Source of the DNA: a virus
Taxonomy: Duplodnaviria > Caudoviricetes
DNA: 64,000 bases
Reading direction: 5' to 3' (one strand)
Virus record (IMG/VR): IMGVR_UViG_3300029288_004596
Span: 96,001 to 160,000 of that record
Part shown: in pieces, positions 18,904-27,921 of the stretch
Layout of the letters: every line of letters starts with the position of its first letter
Numbering within the stretch: position 1 is the first letter of the stretch
Made by a program: the position numbers and the translations under genes
Notes under the pieces: model-generated
What the model was told of the DNA's origin: nothing
What the model saw: the letters and a program-made list of their open reading frames with translations, nothing else
Databases searched by the model: none

Positions 18904-20985
18904 ATGGAATTTAGGATTAAGAAAGTTAACGGAGAAGTTTTCCTTGGCGTTGAGAACCAGGGAAAAGAATATTATTCTAGGATACCTAAGGACAAGGATG
19001 GAATCGTCCTGCCTTCAGGGTCTATACCCATCTTTCGTAAGTGCGTCCTCATTGAGTATGAGGATCTCACTCCCACAGTTACCTTCTTTGGGTCAGTCGA
19101 GAAGTATCTGCTTCACAGAGTGACTGCCCCTGAGTTGCAGGGATACATAGCTAAGATAGTATCCAAGGGTAAGAAGACTGAGATTGAATCCCTTCTCAGA
19201 GGGTTGATACTTAGAGGTCTTAACGACCTTTATAAGTGTCCCACGGAGTGGGAGGAGCCGGGGACAGACTTCGAGGCTACCTCCCAGAGGTGCGCTTATA
19301 AACTATTAGATAGCAAGTTACCAATACCTCCGCGTGGCAAATACATGGCGGACGTAGTCACTGCCCATCGCATGATATTCTTGAAGTATCTGGAATCCAT
19401 AGGTGTTTCTAGGATGATGGCTACTGCCCCGGGTAATCCTGGCACAGTAGCTGATTGGTGCGCTAAGGACACTGGAATGCCAGTGTATTTGAATGTCCAG
19501 CCACTGGCGAAATACTATCATCCTAAGAGATGGTCCATTGCTAGAGGTCTTACCCATCTGGTGTCCATCAAAGGCAAGGATGACCCCCTTGTCAAGGTCC
19601 TAGAGGCGGAGGGTTATAGTCTTCCTCCCATGGCGAACGCCAACGTTATCTGTCCTGATATGGGGTTAGATGACGCAGTCATAGTATCTGAGTCCTTTGC
19701 AAAGAAACTCCAGACTGCGTATGACGAAGTGCATACGCACACTCTGGATAATCTTATAAACTGTCGAGCTGGAAGAAAGTTAGTCCGCTCCCAGACAGGG
19801 ATGAAGATACCTGGTTATTTCAGGTCTCTATCTGCTGACCTGCATTCAGATTGCAGAGAGATATGGATAGAGAAGCACGGGTCTAAGTGTCCAGCCATGA
19901 TTAATAGAAAGGAACAGTTCCTGAAGTCTCACACTGAGGCGGAGTGGGAACTTAACCATGGAGACCAAAGTCCTGAAGCATGGCACAAGTATAGCCTATG
20001 GCTGAAGAACTTCCAGCCATTCCATAACTATAAGCAGAGGTGGAATCCTCTGAACCAGCCAGTCAGGCGGAGGTTCGTTGACCGCATTGACAGGTTGGTA
20101 GTTGAGAGTGAGGGCGGTCGTTCCGTCCTCTACAAGGAATACCATGGGATAACAAAGAAGCCTCTCATGGATGGAGACAAACTTCAATCAGAGGCTGACT
20201 TGTTTAAGGGAGTGTGCAAGATACTCCCGGACGAGTCAATGCCTCTCATCAGATATAATGACAATACTATAGTCAGAGCTGATATAGTGGCTGACATGGG
20301 GAATAGCACTAAGAAGCACAGTTCTCTGAAGCTAGCTCATCTGACTCTGGTTACCAATAAGGTATGCCAGGGTCTGACAATGACATGTGTCAACCCACTA
20401 GCTCATGCGACTACCAAGTATCTTGAGAGGAGACAGTTCTTAGAGGAGACCCTTGAGTCTTTTGAGGAACTCATAGCTGACCATTTGCAGACAGTTGATG
20501 TGGATGACCCCTGTTCCTCTGAGGAACTGGACTTTATCCATGGGGTAAGTTCCCAAGTTAATATACTGAGAGATGACATTAAGTCTCTCATAGATTGGCT
20601 ACCTGAAAGACAACCCAGTTCCCTAGTCAAGAGAGCTATGTCTTCAGGGATATACTTTGATGAGTCTCTCACCTGTGAAATGATAAGTCCCGATGGTTCT
20701 CACCTAGGGTGTTTCCCAGCAGGAATCATCCGGGTTGGGAGACACAGACAGGATTCCCAGGTTGTAGGTGGAGTTGTTGGAGACCTAGGCAAGAAGCCTA
20801 GGAAGAACAACTTGAAGAACAGCGGCAAGAGGGATGGCTTCGTTGAGACAGTCATCCAGAAATCCTTCGGCTTTATAGATGCCGCTAAGGAGTTAAGGAG
20901 AACTGATCCCAAGGCGGCGGCTAAGGCCAGAGACCTAGCCAAGGTGTTCTCCACATCAGTTCCACTGTATACTGAGGCTGAGTAG
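18904..20985 (+). CDS. Minimal RNA polymerase beta-like subunit
   Basis: GLDDAVIVSES (cf. EDAIxxSE), GDKL...KGVCKILPDESMP...ADIV (cf. GDK..RHGNKGV..I.P.EDMP..DI), SGKRDGFVE (cf. GGQRFGEME). Confidence 0.8.
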   Translation: MEFRIKKVNGEVFLGVENQGKEYYSRIPKDKDGIVLPSGSIPIFRKCVLIEYEDLTPTVTFFGSVEKYLLHRVTAPELQGYIAKIVSKGKKTEIESLLRGLILRGLNDLYKCPTEWEEPGTDFEATSQRCAYKLLDSKLPIPPRGKYMADVVTAHRMIFLKYLESIGVSRMMATAPGNPGTVADWCAKDTGMPVYLNVQPLAKYYHPKRWSIARGLTHLVSIKGKDDPLVKVLEAEGYSLPPMANANVICPDMGLDDAVIVSESFAKKLQTAYDEVHTHTLDNLINCRAGRKLVRSQTGMKIPGYFRSLSADLHSDCREIWIEKHGSKCPAMINRKEQFLKSHTEAEWELNHGDQSPEAWHKYSLWLKNFQPFHNYKQRWNPLNQPVRRRFVDRIDRLVVESEGGRSVLYKEYHGITKKPLMDGDKLQSEADLFKGVCKILPDESMPLIRYNDNTIVRADIVADMGNSTKKHSSLKLAHLTLVTNKVCQGLTMTCVNPLAHATTKYLERRQFLEETLESFEELIADHLQTVDVDDPCSSEELDFIHGVSSQVNILRDDIKSLIDWLPERQPSSLVKRAMSSGIYFDESLTCEMISPDGSHLGCFPAGIIRVGRHRQDSQVVGGVVGDLGKKPRKNNLKNSGKRDGFVETVIQKSFGFIDAAKELRRTDPKAAAKARDLAKVFSTSVPLYTEAE

Positions 20986-21067
20986 TCTACTTCCTTTCTC
21001 TTTCTATGGTGTCCCACAGAGGGATCCACGGCAGGGTGAGTCCGCAGACTGAAACTCGGTCCACCCA

Positions 21068-21105
21068 AGAGGGGCAAGCTCCATCGAGGAGCTACCCCTT
21101 TTTTA
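21068..21105 (+). terminator. Putative intrinsic terminator after the RNAP genes
   Basis: AGGGG-AGCTCC...GGAGCT-CCCCT followed by a T run. Confidence 0.55.
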
Positions 21106-21169
21106 CACTCGGAGAGTTCCTTGGAACTCTGCGCGCACTCGGAGAGTTCTCTCCAGATAAGGAGTTGAC

Positions 21170-21448
21170 ATGGAAACGGAACCCATTCATCCATATGAAA
21201 AGATGAAACTGATAGCTGAGGCTTTGATGTTTCATCCTAGAGATAGGAAAGTCACTATCCTGGGAGAAGAAGCCAAGGTGGAATACACTGGCGATCCTGA
21301 CACCTTGAGGTCCCTGAGTTTTCAGGGTTACGTGGCTATTCAGGGCCATAACCCCTTTTGTGTGAGAGTCTTCACTCCCATCAATCGCAGATTCTATGTG
21401 GAGTATGACCCAGACAAAGATTCTTTCCGGGTGTCCCCAGCCGATTAG
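21170..21448 (+). CDS. Hypothetical protein
   Basis: AAGGAG RBS. Confidence 0.65.
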   Translation: METEPIHPYEKMKLIAEALMFHPRDRKVTILGEEAKVEYTGDPDTLRSLSFQGYVAIQGHNPFCVRVFTPINRRFYVEYDPDKDSFRVSPAD

Positions 21449-21456
21449 AGAAAGGG

Positions 21457-21873
21457 GTGTCACTAATGAAAGTATTCAGACCGCAATCCTATAAGCACAC
21501 TTCTTATGGTCTGGATGGCATTGAGTTGCCCTCCGGGCATGGGGAGTCTGTCACTATCAAGGGTTACGTCCTTAAAGACAGGGATGGAAATCTTGTCACT
21601 ATAGAAGTGTATGAAGATGACAGCATGCCTATCATCTCCTTTATGTCAGTTACTTACAGCGGAGTAGTTGAACCGGAACAAGGCAATCCTGTTGTAGCTT
21701 TGGCTAACGGGAGCGCCTGGTCTGGCGGCAGAAACTACACAGGTTTTCTTGTAGGTAGACTGGGAGATAGGGTCTGCTTTTCCCGCAAGGGTGATAGGAC
21801 TAGGTATGAGGTTACTGAGAACGGATGGGAGGAACTTCCACCCATGCCCAGTGGCAATGCAGTTATTTACTAG
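21457..21873 (+). CDS. Hypothetical protein
   Basis: ORF 138 aa; start could be 21466. Confidence 0.65.
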   Translation: MSLMKVFRPQSYKHTSYGLDGIELPSGHGESVTIKGYVLKDRDGNLVTIEVYEDDSMPIISFMSVTYSGVVEPEQGNPVVALANGSAWSGGRNYTGFLVGRLGDRVCFSRKGDRTRYEVTENGWEELPPMPSGNAVIY

Positions 21874-21889
21874 CGCTCTTTGACCACAC

Positions 21890-22000
21890 TTAGTGGACTG
21901 CCCTTCCCGTCCAGCAGTCTACTAACCTTTTCTCTTTGGACGAGCGTCCCGCTGACCGTCGAATCTCAAAGCATACTATATTTCAGCGGGGCAAGAGAGG
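21890..22000 (+). promoter_or_regulatory. Putative pseudoknot / translational switch leader
   Basis: 12-bp stem whose loop CGTCCA can pair with TGGACG; TCTCTT can pair with the AAGAGA at the RBS. Confidence 0.45.
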
Positions 22001-22007
22001 TGTTACG

Positions 22008-22541
22008 ATGGCTAAGAAAGTGTTGCTGGAATCAGCGGATGTTGCTGAGACTTCAGCAGAACAGGTGACTGAGGCTATAGCTGAAGTTGTTGTGTCGGCT
22101 CCAGTCAAGAATCTTCCCCAGACAATGGGTGAACTGGATTGGTTCACCGCCCCTCCAGCGGGTGGTGGAAGAGAAGCTTGGCTCAACGAGAACTCTGACT
22201 TTAAGGCGGAGAATGAGCTTGGGACCTTCTGGTTCCGCGTTCAGCCTGACAGACAGGCCTTCAGCTGTAACGTAGACTTAGCGTGTGGAATCAAATTGTC
22301 TGATCTATACGTTAAGAAAACTCCAGGTGGCTTTTACTGGGCCCTTGGAGACCAGGCTTCCTTCAAGTCCTTTGAAGATGGAACCGAGTTTAGAACGGAG
22401 AACTATCTTCAGAAGCGGCTTGTCCCAGCGACAGCTGATGGTAGCAAGCCTGAGAGGGAAGTGCCAGCCATTCTGTGGAATGTGTCCGCTTTCATAAGGG
22501 ATGTGTTAATCCCCATGGGAGCTGAGGCGCGCAAACTCTAG
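22008..22541 (+). CDS. Hypothetical protein, possibly nucleic-acid binding
   Basis: GAGGTG RBS before ATG 22008; acidic N-terminus, beta-rich core. Confidence 0.65.
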   Translation: MAKKVLLESADVAETSAEQVTEAIAEVVVSAPVKNLPQTMGELDWFTAPPAGGGREAWLNENSDFKAENELGTFWFRVQPDRQAFSCNVDLACGIKLSDLYVKKTPGGFYWALGDQASFKSFEDGTEFRTENYLQKRLVPATADGSKPEREVPAILWNVSAFIRDVLIPMGAEARKL

Positions 22542-22712
22542 CAAATGACCCGCCTTCATGGCGGGTTACCCCTTTGAATAACTCCCCACATCCATGGGTT
22601 TACTCCTTTTTCCCATGGATGCGTTATACTATACTGGGCGTAGCCCAAACTGCGCCTTATTTGGGGTAGGAAACTACCCCACTTTTTTAAACCTGTGGGT
22701 TCGGGAGGACGT

Positions 22713-23039
22713 ATGTCAGTAGCAAAAAGATTTGGCAGAGCTCTTGGTTCTGCAAGTTCTATGAAAGTAAAAGAGTTAGGTCCAGGGGCTGTTAATTTAT
22801 TAGGTTCTCTGGCAGATTCTGTTAATAAAGTCAAGGAAGATTTCCTTGAGGGATACAGAGTATCCAAACCAGTGTCTGTTATGGCTGGAGCAAACCACAG
22901 AGATGTGGAGTTGTTCTTCCAGACTATGGAGAAGTATAAAGACTCTGAGGAGTTGGAACAGAGGCTCCAGTTTCTGGCTGAAGCGGTTGGGTTTACTCCA
23001 GAGCAAGTGGAATTCTTAAAATCCATAGAGGAGGACTAG
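22713..23039 (+). CDS. Hypothetical protein
   Basis: GGAGG RBS before ATG 22713. Confidence 0.65.
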   Translation: MSVAKRFGRALGSASSMKVKELGPGAVNLLGSLADSVNKVKEDFLEGYRVSKPVSVMAGANHRDVELFFQTMEKYKDSEELEQRLQFLAEAVGFTPEQVEFLKSIEED

Positions 23040-23041
23040 CT

Positions 23042-23308
23042 ATGGAGACAGTGTCTATATGTATTACTGTTCGCGGTAAACTTGTTCCTTTTCGTGGTCT
23101 GGCTGGGACTAAGGAACACCCTATAGAGTTGTCAGACTCTACTTATAGAGTTCATCCATATGATAGATTATATGAGGTGAAGATGGCTGATGTTGATTCC
23201 TACGTCCAGTGGAATGGAATGGGTCCATTCATCCTAGACAGGATCACTCTTGTCATGGATGAAGGCTACGATAAGAACGTCATTACTATTGAGGGGCATG
23301 GATTATGA
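23042..23308 (+). CDS. Hypothetical protein
   Basis: GGAGG RBS. Confidence 0.6.
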   Translation: METVSICITVRGKLVPFRGLAGTKEHPIELSDSTYRVHPYDRLYEVKMADVDSYVQWNGMGPFILDRITLVMDEGYDKNVITIEGHGL

Positions 23309-23435
23309 ACTACAAGGGACTCATAGGTAGTTCTGTCTAGTTGTCCTGAGGATATCTACGGGTTCATTTATAAGTTTCCTCAGCATGTGAGGCATGAATA
23401 TTATAATAATGCTCTTAGGATTTATAAGGAGATTA

Positions 23436-24032
23436 ATGGTGAAAATTTATACTGATGGCGGATACTCCCACTCTCAAGACATGGGGGCTTGGGCCTACGT
23501 TACTGAGGATGAGAAGTTTGCTTCTGGCGTTGTTGTTAGGGCTGCTAGTCATAACATAGACTGTGAACTTTTTGCTATAGTCACTGCCCTGAATACTTAT
23601 CCGGATGCTGATATTTATACTGACCTTCAGGGAGCGGTCAAGTGGGCCACTGGGGAGTGGAAGACTGCCACTCCAGTCACTCAGTCCTATAAGAATCTAG
23701 TAGCCAGTAGGGCTAGCCAGATTCACTGGATCAAAGGACACAGTGGGGATATTCTTGGAGAGGCGGCCCATAGACTAGTCCAGAAAGTTTTGTCTGGACA
23801 AAAGGAACCCACTTCCAAGGTGGATGTGGCTGAGTGTATTCCAACTAGATACTCCAGACTGAAGGCTATAGTGGAGTTCATGGCTTTTGCTGATATTCAT
23901 ATTAAGAAGCCAGACTATGATATCCTTGAGTGGCTGGCTGACTATGGCATGGATGCTGACTGTGCTACGAAGGAGTCTGTTCCTGAGGAAAGTGAACTGA
24001 TACTTGAGCTGGCTGAACTTGTAAAGGGCTAG
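23436..24032 (+). CDS. Ribonuclease HI-like protein
   Basis: IYTDGG, CELFA, IYTD, HWIKGHSG. Confidence 0.8.
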   Translation: MVKIYTDGGYSHSQDMGAWAYVTEDEKFASGVVVRAASHNIDCELFAIVTALNTYPDADIYTDLQGAVKWATGEWKTATPVTQSYKNLVASRASQIHWIKGHSGDILGEAAHRLVQKVLSGQKEPTSKVDVAECIPTRYSRLKAIVEFMAFADIHIKKPDYDILEWLADYGMDADCATKESVPEESELILELAELVKG

Positions 24033-24042
24033 CTATTAAATT

Positions 24043-24128
24043 TAGCCTTGATATTGTCTGTAGACAATATCAATGGAAAGTACGGTCTGTACTCTCCATT
24101 GGTATTACTTATGGTAATACCAAGGCTA
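24043..24128. repeat. Inverted pair of TAGCC-hairpin-TGG units flanking an AGTAC-N5-GTACT palindrome
   Basis: Same unit as at 13500-13558, one copy on each strand. Confidence 0.75.
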
Positions 24129-24313
24129 CCTTGTCCTGCTCTCTTAAGGCAAGGCGATTATGGTGGAACTCTGGGTTTCTTAGGGGACTGTCAATAAAGG
24201 GGTCCCCCCCCTGTGGAGGAGGATGATATGTAGTATTGTGTATTCAATAGCATAGAGTTCTGTTAGATCCAATGTGGGCTAGAGAGAGCCTAGCCCAGTA
24301 AACTAGGTGTGTT

Positions 24314-24874
24314 ATGGATGAGTTCAAGAAATTAATAAAAGATAGTGGTCCCCTATATGATCATGCTGCTCTTATATCTATTATCCTGAAGGAGCTATGT
24401 CCTGGCAGGAAACAGGGAGCTACTATTATTCACTCTAAGTCTGAGTTGAAGATGCTGGCGACAGTGTCAGCAAGGAAGGGTCCACTGGTAGTTACTGATG
24501 TCAGGGATCTCAGGACTCTGTATGCTATAGAGCAAGATCTTAGTTATACTCCTGTCCTTAGCGATGACCCTGGAATGTGTGGCCCTACTGAGAGTAGGGT
24601 CCAAGTGGGCATGCAACTTGATAGTAAGGATGCTCACCTTCTTTATTGGATGACCAAGGATTCTTCCTGGTTGCCCATCCCTTGGGGTGTTGATTTCAGG
24701 GCTACATTAGCTAGCCTAGTTAATTATAACCTTATAGGCAACCACTTCCAAGGGTGGAAGAACAGACCTGATCACTTTGAAAGAGGGTGTGTTAACATCC
24801 TTTATAATAAACTGGGTTCTATGTCTGAGGTAGCTAGTCTGCTCAGACATAACATACCATTGGAGGAACTATGA
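24314..24874 (+). CDS. Hypothetical protein
   Basis: AGGTG RBS, 186 aa. Confidence 0.65.
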   Translation: MDEFKKLIKDSGPLYDHAALISIILKELCPGRKQGATIIHSKSELKMLATVSARKGPLVVTDVRDLRTLYAIEQDLSYTPVLSDDPGMCGPTESRVQVGMQLDSKDAHLLYWMTKDSSWLPIPWGVDFRATLASLVNYNLIGNHFQGWKNRPDHFERGCVNILYNKLGSMSEVASLLRHNIPLEEL

Positions 24875-25254
24875 AAGATCTTGTAGCCCTTGAAAAGAGG
24901 ATAAACCTTTTACAGGAGAGACTCGTTAAACTGAGAAGGGAGAAGTTAGAACTCCAGCACGCCAGGATCATGGCCTCTATCTCTGAGGATATAAAGGCTG
25001 TGAGAGAAAAGATATCCAAGCTTGGATACCGACTGGAAGTGGAAGGGGATGACTTGTCAGTGTATGGTTCCCTGGATGCGTCTATTATCACCTTCCATGT
25101 CAGCGCTGTGAATTCTGTTCCCAGAAGATTATCCCTTGAAGATATTGTATATAACAGCATTATCACTGACAAACTTGCTGAGATTGAGGACATGAAGATA
25201 CCTAAGTTGGATGTTATAGAAGCCCTTAGTCTTTTGTCCAAGTGCTTTATCTAA
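24871..25254 (+). CDS. Hypothetical coiled-coil protein
   Basis: ATGA-coupled. Confidence 0.65.
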   Translation: MKDLVALEKRINLLQERLVKLRREKLELQHARIMASISEDIKAVREKISKLGYRLEVEGDDLSVYGSLDASIITFHVSAVNSVPRRLSLEDIVYNSIITDKLAEIEDMKIPKLDVIEALSLLSKCFI

Positions 25255-25276
25255 ATTTTAGTACAGCTGTACTAGA

Positions 25277-25580
25277 TTCGGGTGTCTATGCCCAGACGCT
25301 CCTACATAGACTTGACGGGACTAAGGCTATGACTGCTAACCATAGCTATATGCTGATCCTCTATCAGCAGGTTCCGAGACAAGGAGAAGAAACCTAGAGG
25401 ACTTGATAAAGAGGAGCTACCCCTAGTAACAGGTGGTATCCTCAGGGTTCAGTCCTACCTGGTGCATAGGACTGTTGATTAGGGTAGGGTCGCTGTGGTG
25501 TGACACAGACCGTAGGAGATAACAACCCAACTCCTGCCGAGATAAAGAGCTGGTAGAAATCCAGCGCCCTACCGTCAATC
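25277..25580 (+). ncRNA. Structured RNA ending in a tRNA-like cloverleaf (25483-25574)
   Basis: GGTAGGGT/GCCCTACC closing stem, CTGTG/CACAG, GTAGGAG/CTCCTGC, GCTGG-TAGAAAT-CCAGC T-arm-like hairpin; further hairpins upstream. Confidence 0.55.
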
Positions 25581-25593
25581 AAGGAGGTATATT

Positions 25594-26220
25594 ATGTCCA
25601 AGTTAACTAAGTCTAAGATAGATAGGATAGCTACTATATGGGATACAGCTATGACTCTTAACCCCCATAAGGACGCTGGTGGAGTGTATTCTAACCAGGA
25701 CTATAGTTTTTCAGTTAACTCATACCCTAGAGTGGGACTTCCTAGTGTCTACTTTACTGACTGGTCTAGGCTGGGTAACTTTGAAAAGGCTAGGGATAAT
25801 TTCTTCAGTGAAATTAAGAAGTGTTTCTCTATTAGGTTGCACAACACTACTGATTGGTATTATGAGGTTGGTCATTTTAAGCATTCACTATCCCAAGATT
25901 TTATCCCACGTTGTAAGGACGTAGATTCTGAGAAGTCTCTAAGGTCCTTAGTAAGCTTGGCTTTTGATGTGCACAGGAAGTTATCTGGTTTCATAGGCAA
26001 CACCTACTACTTGGATATATCACATAAATGTCTGGAAGTTACCAGCAACTATGGTTTTAAGTGGAGTTCCCCTATGTGCGAGACCTATGCTGAGTCAGCC
26101 AAGAAGACTCTTGATGCCGTGTACTCTAAACTATGGGAACTTGAGAGGACCTACAGAGAAGATATGTTCTTTGTGAGGTGGGTTCTCGAGTCTGTTGAGC
26201 GTTTGTCTAAGGTGGGGTGA
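25594..26220 (+). CDS. Hypothetical protein
   Basis: AAGGAGGT RBS. Confidence 0.7.
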   Translation: MSKLTKSKIDRIATIWDTAMTLNPHKDAGGVYSNQDYSFSVNSYPRVGLPSVYFTDWSRLGNFEKARDNFFSEIKKCFSIRLHNTTDWYYEVGHFKHSLSQDFIPRCKDVDSEKSLRSLVSLAFDVHRKLSGFIGNTYYLDISHKCLEVTSNYGFKWSSPMCETYAESAKKTLDAVYSKLWELERTYREDMFFVRWVLESVERLSKVG

Positions 26221-26223
26221 CAT

Positions 26224-27171
26224 ATGATTGTTGAGGATGTAAAGCATCTGCCCAGTGGCAGGATCTTCCTTATGAAGACTAAGGATGGCTGTAGAGTGGA
26301 AGCTACTGAGATGCAGGATGTGCTAGTTGATGAGGAAGTTAAGGATACCTATGATCCCCATATTATATGGGACCACTTGGTAGACCATAAGGACAAGTGG
26401 ATGCTCAATGTGTCTACTCAGAAGGGTTGTCCTCATCATTGTAAGTTCTGCGATGTGGGAACCATGAAGTTTGGCGGCAATCTTACCAGGAGAGAAATAG
26501 AAGAACAGGTAGAACTCCTCCTAGACTACACTCCGCATGTGAGAGAGTCCTCTAAGGTCAAGATAGGGTTTGCCCGTATGGGCGAGCCTGCCTATAACTT
26601 AGAGAATGTCATGTATGTTATAGAGTCCCTTCCATTTATCTCCACATACATGCGCAGATGTTTTAATTGGTTGCCCTGTTTCAATAGCACCTTGCCTAGA
26701 AGCGCTCCTTGCATAGAGAGGGTCCTGTACTCTAAGGAGAAGGTTTATGATGGGCTCTTTCACTTCCAAGTCAGTTGCAATTCAACTAACGAAGATACCA
26801 GAAGAGAACTCTTTGGAGGAGCTGATGTCCTGACTATAGAAGAAGTGGTTAAGGAAGTCTCTAAGCATAAGATAACAGGCAGGACAGTTATCCTCAACTT
26901 CATAGTCATGGAAGGTGTGGAGGTGAATCCTAAGACTCTTAGCAAGCTAGGGGTTAAGAAAAATAAGTTTGTTGTCAAGCTCACTCCCCTTAACTACACT
27001 GATAATGCCAAGGATAATAACTTGGAGACTAGTAAGAGACTCTATGATCTGCAGAATCTGTTTCGATCTGAGGGGGTTCCTGTCCTGGTGGATGAGGTGG
27101 CCAAGTGTGAAGCCGCTGGTTTATGTTGTGGTCAGTTGGTGAAGAAGCGCCTTGACGGGAGAGGGTCATGA
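26224..27171 (+). CDS. RlmN/Cfr-like radical SAM enzyme
   Basis: STQKGCPHHCKFC, MGEP, C-terminal CCGQL. Confidence 0.85.
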   Translation: MIVEDVKHLPSGRIFLMKTKDGCRVEATEMQDVLVDEEVKDTYDPHIIWDHLVDHKDKWMLNVSTQKGCPHHCKFCDVGTMKFGGNLTRREIEEQVELLLDYTPHVRESSKVKIGFARMGEPAYNLENVMYVIESLPFISTYMRRCFNWLPCFNSTLPRSAPCIERVLYSKEKVYDGLFHFQVSCNSTNEDTRRELFGGADVLTIEEVVKEVSKHKITGRTVILNFIVMEGVEVNPKTLSKLGVKKNKFVVKLTPLNYTDNAKDNNLETSKRLYDLQNLFRSEGVPVLVDEVAKCEAAGLCCGQLVKKRLDGRGS

Positions 27172-27372
27172 TTGGTTGGCCGTTCCTTAGCGTTCCTTAC
27201 TTTAAAGATTGTTTCGAGTATAGTCTGGGGGAATACATGGCTAGCCTTACAGTCAGGCGTTCCCCCAGTATCCTATGTAAACTAAGGGAGGTGGTGTTAG
27301 TCACTATAGCCTCCGTTAAACAGTTGGCGCTTACCTTAAGCAACGCCACCAGGAGCAATTCGCCTCCGGACA

Positions 27373-27381
27373 TGGTATAAT
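27373..27381 (+). promoter_or_regulatory. Extended -10 promoter (TGnTATAAT)
   Basis: TGGTATAAT ending 27 nt before ATG 27409. Confidence 0.5.
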
Positions 27382-27408
27382 AGAGTAGCGTTTTAGAGAG
27401 GAGTAACT

Positions 27409-27921
27409 ATGGATAACCTTACAGTGGTAGGATTGGACACCTATGAGTCCCAGTATTATCCCAGTCAGATTGAGATGACTGAGGAAGAGATAAGCACTTT
27501 AGTTTCCTTCGTCACTCCTCTTATTTCCTTGTCAAAAGTAGAGGTGTATGGCAATGCATACCTGTCTATAATCAAAGTCTTCTGTGAAGATGACCTTTGG
27601 AAGTTAAGAGATAAACTGGATAAGGGAAAGTTAGTTAATCCTTATCCAGTATACTCTGTCACTCTGCCTAACAAGGCAGTTGTCTCCATCTGTGGCATCC
27701 CTGAAATACAAGGGGAGGAGCCGACTAAATACATAGGCAGATATAAGATAGCCATCAAGAAAGAGGACATCCTCTTAGGCAGCAGGGCTATCCCTGTCAG
27801 GTCTAAGTCTGGAAAGTTACTAAAGAAACTCTTTGAGTCCATGGAGTTCGTTTATAAAAGGACTGTAGGTGAGAAGAGGGTGGAACTCTGGGACCTGTTG
27901 GAGATGGGGGAGAAGGTATGA
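27409..27921 (+). CDS. Hypothetical protein, paralogue of 34389
   Basis: Shared YPxYS..VSxCxxP..RYxI..GxxLK pattern. Confidence 0.7.
   Translation: MDNLTVVGLDTYESQYYPSQIEMTEEEISTLVSFVTPLISLSKVEVYGNAYLSIIKVFCEDDLWKLRDKLDKGKLVNPYPVYSVTLPNKAVVSICGIPEIQGEEPTKYIGRYKIAIKKEDILLGSRAIPVRSKSGKLLKKLFESMEFVYKRTVGEKRVELWDLLEMGEKV

Noticed and set aside
21086-25424. Shared 14-mer GAGGAGCTACCCCT near 21086 and 25411
   Set aside because: Several chance 14-mer pairs are expected in 64 kb and the structural contexts differ
25277-25580. tmRNA, RNase P RNA or hammerhead ribozyme
   Set aside because: No tmRNA termini, GAGGAAAGTCC motif or correctly arranged CTGANGA/GAAA core found
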